64,000 nucleotides of DNA, from contig CBDHDF010000010.1 of assembly GCA_965261545.1 (NCBI GenBank), positions 1,024,001-1,088,000 of the forward strand, given 5' to 3'. The notes under the pieces are model-generated. The model searched no databases and had not been told where the DNA came from. It was given only the letters and a program-made list of their open reading frames with translations. Positions 60,991 to 64,000 of this stretch are shown here, piece by piece; within the stretch, counting starts at the first letter, position 1; every line of letters starts with the position of its first letter. Made by a program: the position numbers and the translations under genes. Origin of the DNA: Bdellovibrionales bacterium. GTDB taxonomy: Bacteria; Bdellovibrionota; Bdellovibrionia; Bdellovibrionales; UBA1609.

Positions 60991-61677
60991 GTGTTAACAG
61001 ATTCGTTTTTCACTATCGCCCAGGTTGGTCATGACGCTACATTGTGGGTTCTTGTCACTCTTAGTGTTTTTAGCATTGCCTTTATTTTTGAACGCTTTAT
61101 TGCCCTAGGAAGGGTCAAGAGGCAAAGGAAAAGGGCTATGACGCGGATGAGAGAGGTTCTTCAAAACAATAGCTTTAAAGGGCTTGAGGACTTGACACAA
61201 GACAAAGAAAGCTTGGAGGGGCGCGCCCTCGATTGTGGTTTGAAGCATTTAAAATCTCATGGTTCCCATGGCCTTGAAGAAATATTTTCTAGCGTGGCCC
61301 TTACTGAAAGACCTCGTTTGGAGAGGTCTTTAAACTTTCTTGCCACTGTGGGGTCCAATGCTCCCTTTATTGGTTTGTTGGGGACTGTTTTTGGTATTAT
61401 GGATGCCTTTAGGGCTCTTGCAACCAGTGAAGGTGACCCCAACGTGGTGATGATTGGTATTTCTAAGGCCCTTGTGGCCACGGCAGTGGGGCTGCTTGTG
61501 GCCATACCTGCTGTGATTGCCTATAATTACTTTCAAAAGCAGGTGAGAAGTTCCCTGCAAAGCTTGCAGGGTATTCAGAGTCTTTGCATTGCTTACAGCA
61601 GCAGTAGTAACAACCGCAGTGACGACAACTGCAGTGGTGACAACAGTGGCGGCAACAACAAGAATAAACAGGGGTAA
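60991..61677 (+). CDS. exbB: MotA/TolQ/ExbB proton channel
   Basis: APFIGLLGTVFGI, ALVATAVGLLVAIPA. Confidence 0.9.
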   Translation: MLTDSFFTIAQVGHDATLWVLVTLSVFSIAFIFERFIALGRVKRQRKRAMTRMREVLQNNSFKGLEDLTQDKESLEGRALDCGLKHLKSHGSHGLEEIFSSVALTERPRLERSLNFLATVGSNAPFIGLLGTVFGIMDAFRALATSEGDPNVVMIGISKALVATAVGLLVAIPAVIAYNYFQKQVRSSLQSLQGIQSLCIAYSSSSNNRSDDNCSGDNSGGNNKNKQG

Positions 61678-61684
61678 GAAGACT

Positions 61685-62092
61685 ATGGCTACAAAAATAA
61701 GCGAGAACGATGATGGACCTATGGCGGAAATCAATATTGTTCCCTTTGTGGATATTATACTTGTTGTTCTTATTATTTTTATGGTAACAACACCTTTCAT
61801 CATGAAGCCAAGTATCAATATCAATCTACCCAAGGCGGCCAGTGGTTCCAAAACCACCCCCTCTCAACTCACCATTACCATTGGCTCTAGTGGGGAAACT
61901 CTGCTCAACGGGAAAGTTATGACAGATGCTGAAATTGGCCAAAAAACCCTTGAGGTTCTTTCAAAAAAACCAGATATTCAGGCGATTATATCTGCAGATA
62001 AGGAGGTGCCCCATGGAAAGGTTGTCAGTATCATTGATCTTGTCAAGACAGTGGGGGTTAAGAAATTTGCCATCACCATTGAAAAGAAATAG
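61685..62092 (+). CDS. exbD: ExbD/TolR protein
   Basis: EINIVPFVDIILVVLIIFMVT, INLP, ADKEV. Confidence 0.9.
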   Translation: MATKISENDDGPMAEINIVPFVDIILVVLIIFMVTTPFIMKPSININLPKAASGSKTTPSQLTITIGSSGETLLNGKVMTDAEIGQKTLEVLSKKPDIQAIISADKEVPHGKVVSIIDLVKTVGVKKFAITIEKK

Positions 62093-62098
62093 AGCCCT

Positions 62099-62587
62099 AT
62101 GATTACTTCCATTTTTGAGAGCATCAAGCATGTTGGCTACCTTTTCCCCATTTCTTTCTTAAGAATTTACTTAGGTTATATTTTTTTTGAAAGTGCTCTA
62201 CGCAAGTTTCGTGAAGATTATTTTGACTACCCCCACTTGGCGGCATCCATTTCGGAATGGCTACCTACAAGCTCGGCTCCCAATTGGTATCAAGAATTTT
62301 TGATTGTTTTTGTCATACCTGATCCCAACTGGAAGGTCTTTGCCTATCTTATTACCTACTGTGAACTGCTCATTGGAGTGAGTCTTCTCATGGGCTTTCT
62401 GGTGAGGCCCCTTTCTATTTTGGGAATTCTTTTGTCCGTTCATAGTATTTATGCACATGGTCAACCTGCTGTTGAAGTTCATCAAACTTTTCTTGTCCTT
62501 TTCATCGTCACTTTGTGGATGGGAGCTGGTCGGAGCTTGGGTTTGGATTATTTCTTTTATAAGCGTCAACGCGGTTGGCTGTGGTAA
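62099..62587 (+). CDS. DoxX family membrane protein
   Basis: LRIYLG, ELLIGVSLLMG, GAGRSLGLD. Confidence 0.85.
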   Translation: MITSIFESIKHVGYLFPISFLRIYLGYIFFESALRKFREDYFDYPHLAASISEWLPTSSAPNWYQEFLIVFVIPDPNWKVFAYLITYCELLIGVSLLMGFLVRPLSILGILLSVHSIYAHGQPAVEVHQTFLVLFIVTLWMGAGRSLGLDYFFYKRQRGWLW

Positions 62588-62594
62588 ATCTCTT

Positions 62595-63644
62595 ATGTTC
62601 CGAATTTTGTTATGTGCATTGTGTATACTGATTGCTTTCTCTGCTGTGGCTTTTTATTTTTTGTCTTTTTATCCTTACAAAGACCTTCAACATCAAGACC
62701 TTCAACATCAAAATCCTCAATATCAGGGTCCCCTTCCACAATTGTCTATTATGGTCCATTCTTCTTTTGCCAGTGAATTTGGCCCCGGTCCCCCCTTAAA
62801 AAAAGAATTTGAAAAGAATTGTCAATGCATTCTCCGGTATAAAAACGCTGGTGATGCAGGATTTATCGTCAAAAAACTTCAATGGGGCTTCAAGGCTGAT
62901 ATTGTGATGGGCTTGGATCCATTTAGTATTATGCAAATGGGTGATTCCATTGGGTGGAAGAAAACAGGCATTACAAAAACATGGAATAAGCATGTAAAAC
63001 CCATTCAAAACTTTCTCCCTTACGACTGGTCCCCTATGACATTTATTTATCGTCAAGGAGAGGTGACCCCTCCCTCATCATGGTCTCAGCTTTTGTCACA
63101 AAAAGAGTATAAAATCAGCCTTCAAGATCCTCGTTCTAGCACCCCAGGGCTTCAGTTTCTTTGGTGGCTTTACCATCTTGGTGGCTATCAACCACTTTCA
63201 AAGACCTTGTCCACTGTTCATCCTACCAATTATAGAGTTTCTCCCTCTTGGTCTACCGCCTATGGCCTCTTTAAAGCTCAAAAAACCCATATGGCTTTTT
63301 CTTACTTAAGTTCTCTTCTTTATCATTGGAATGAAGAGCAGGACTTTCGCTACCAAGCGGTTTCTTTGGACTCGGGGCATCCGCTTCAAGTTGAATACAT
63401 GGGAATTTTGGCAAGTACTTCCAAGGAAGCCTTGGCCAAGAAATTTATTCATTGGCTCTTATCTCCTACGGGACAGTCTATATTGGTAAAATACAACTTT
63501 ATGTTTCCGTCTGTGAAGGGGGCTGTGAAGAATCTTTCTTCAAAGCCTCTTCCCAAGCTGAAGATTCTTGTCCATCATGATCAATCGTGGCAAAATTTTG
63601 TTGCTTATTTGGATGAACACCTCGCAGCTTGGAAGAAACATTGA
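62595..63644 (+). CDS. thiB: Thiamine ABC transporter substrate-binding protein
   Basis: SFASEFGPGP, ADIVMGLD, QDPRSSTPG, WSTAYGLF, HPLQVE. Confidence 0.88.
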   Translation: MFRILLCALCILIAFSAVAFYFLSFYPYKDLQHQDLQHQNPQYQGPLPQLSIMVHSSFASEFGPGPPLKKEFEKNCQCILRYKNAGDAGFIVKKLQWGFKADIVMGLDPFSIMQMGDSIGWKKTGITKTWNKHVKPIQNFLPYDWSPMTFIYRQGEVTPPSSWSQLLSQKEYKISLQDPRSSTPGLQFLWWLYHLGGYQPLSKTLSTVHPTNYRVSPSWSTAYGLFKAQKTHMAFSYLSSLLYHWNEEQDFRYQAVSLDSGHPLQVEYMGILASTSKEALAKKFIHWLLSPTGQSILVKYNFMFPSVKGAVKNLSSKPLPKLKILVHHDQSWQNFVAYLDEHLAAWKKH

Positions 63645-63649
63645 AATTT

Positions 63650-64000
63650 ATGTCACCTGTGATTCGTTTTCTAATTATTTTCGTGCTTTCTTTTCCTACT
63701 TTTGCTCTTTTATTTCTGACCCAAAATGTGATCCAAGAATGGGAATGGCTTTCGTGGAGCGAATGGCTTTCTGTTTTGGGGTTTACGATTCTTCAAGCTT
63801 TTCTGAGTGCTTTTTTTTCTCTCCTTTTTGGTTACTGGAGTGCGGGTTCTATTTTGAAAAGAAAGGGGGCTGTGAGAGTCTATTTAGAAATCTTCTACCT
63901 CATTCCTAGCATTATGCCGACTCTCTTTGTAATTATATCCACAATGAGTGTTTTTAATCTGATGGGAGAACTCCCCGAGGGTCTTGTGGGCATTGTTATT
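63650..64000 (+). CDS. thiP: Thiamine ABC permease, N-terminal part
   Basis: Hydrophobic frame MSPVIRF...FTILQAFLSAFFSLLFG, open to the window edge, directly after thiB. Confidence 0.75.
   Translation, partial: MSPVIRFLIIFVLSFPTFALLFLTQNVIQEWEWLSWSEWLSVLGFTILQAFLSAFFSLLFGYWSAGSILKRKGAVRVYLEIFYLIPSIMPTLFVIISTMSVFNLMGELPEGLVGIVI

Noticed and set aside
62400..62595. TPP riboswitch upstream of thiB
   Set aside because: The region is doxX coding sequence and no TPP core motif was seen.

Overview
Bacterial chromosome segment, probably Bdellovibrionota/deltaproteobacterial-like (inferred from the pilB-pilT-pilC-pilS-pilR order, an FQNC-type lipoprotein and gene content). The backbone carries tRNA-Gln, mrp/apbC, grxD, gcvP, epmA, a type IV pilus cluster with two pilC genes, an MltD-like transglycosylase, isolated flgG-like and flgM genes, an adenylate/guanylate cyclase, leuS, an mtnP-mtnA-class II aldolase operon, mntR, tRNA-Arg, exbBD, doxX and thiB/thiP. 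The left edge holds the 5' part of a probable group II intron. Between 22 and 53 kb are nine IS insertions (4x IS1634, 2x IS256, 2x different IS21, 1x IS4), many nested. Main observations: (i) two divergent IS21 elements share a 98-bp covarying hairpin with perfect DnaA boxes, and one also carries a relic end of the other type; (ii) MTA phosphorylase is fused to a domain with a SAM-lyase-like motif pattern; (iii) IS1634 makes 40, 256 and 322 bp target duplications that leave every hit gene intact; (iv) two unrelated IS hit the same 11-bp spot of IS1634; (v) IS256 and IS4 carry structured non-coding or passenger cargo. All product calls come from motif recognition by eye, with no database search.
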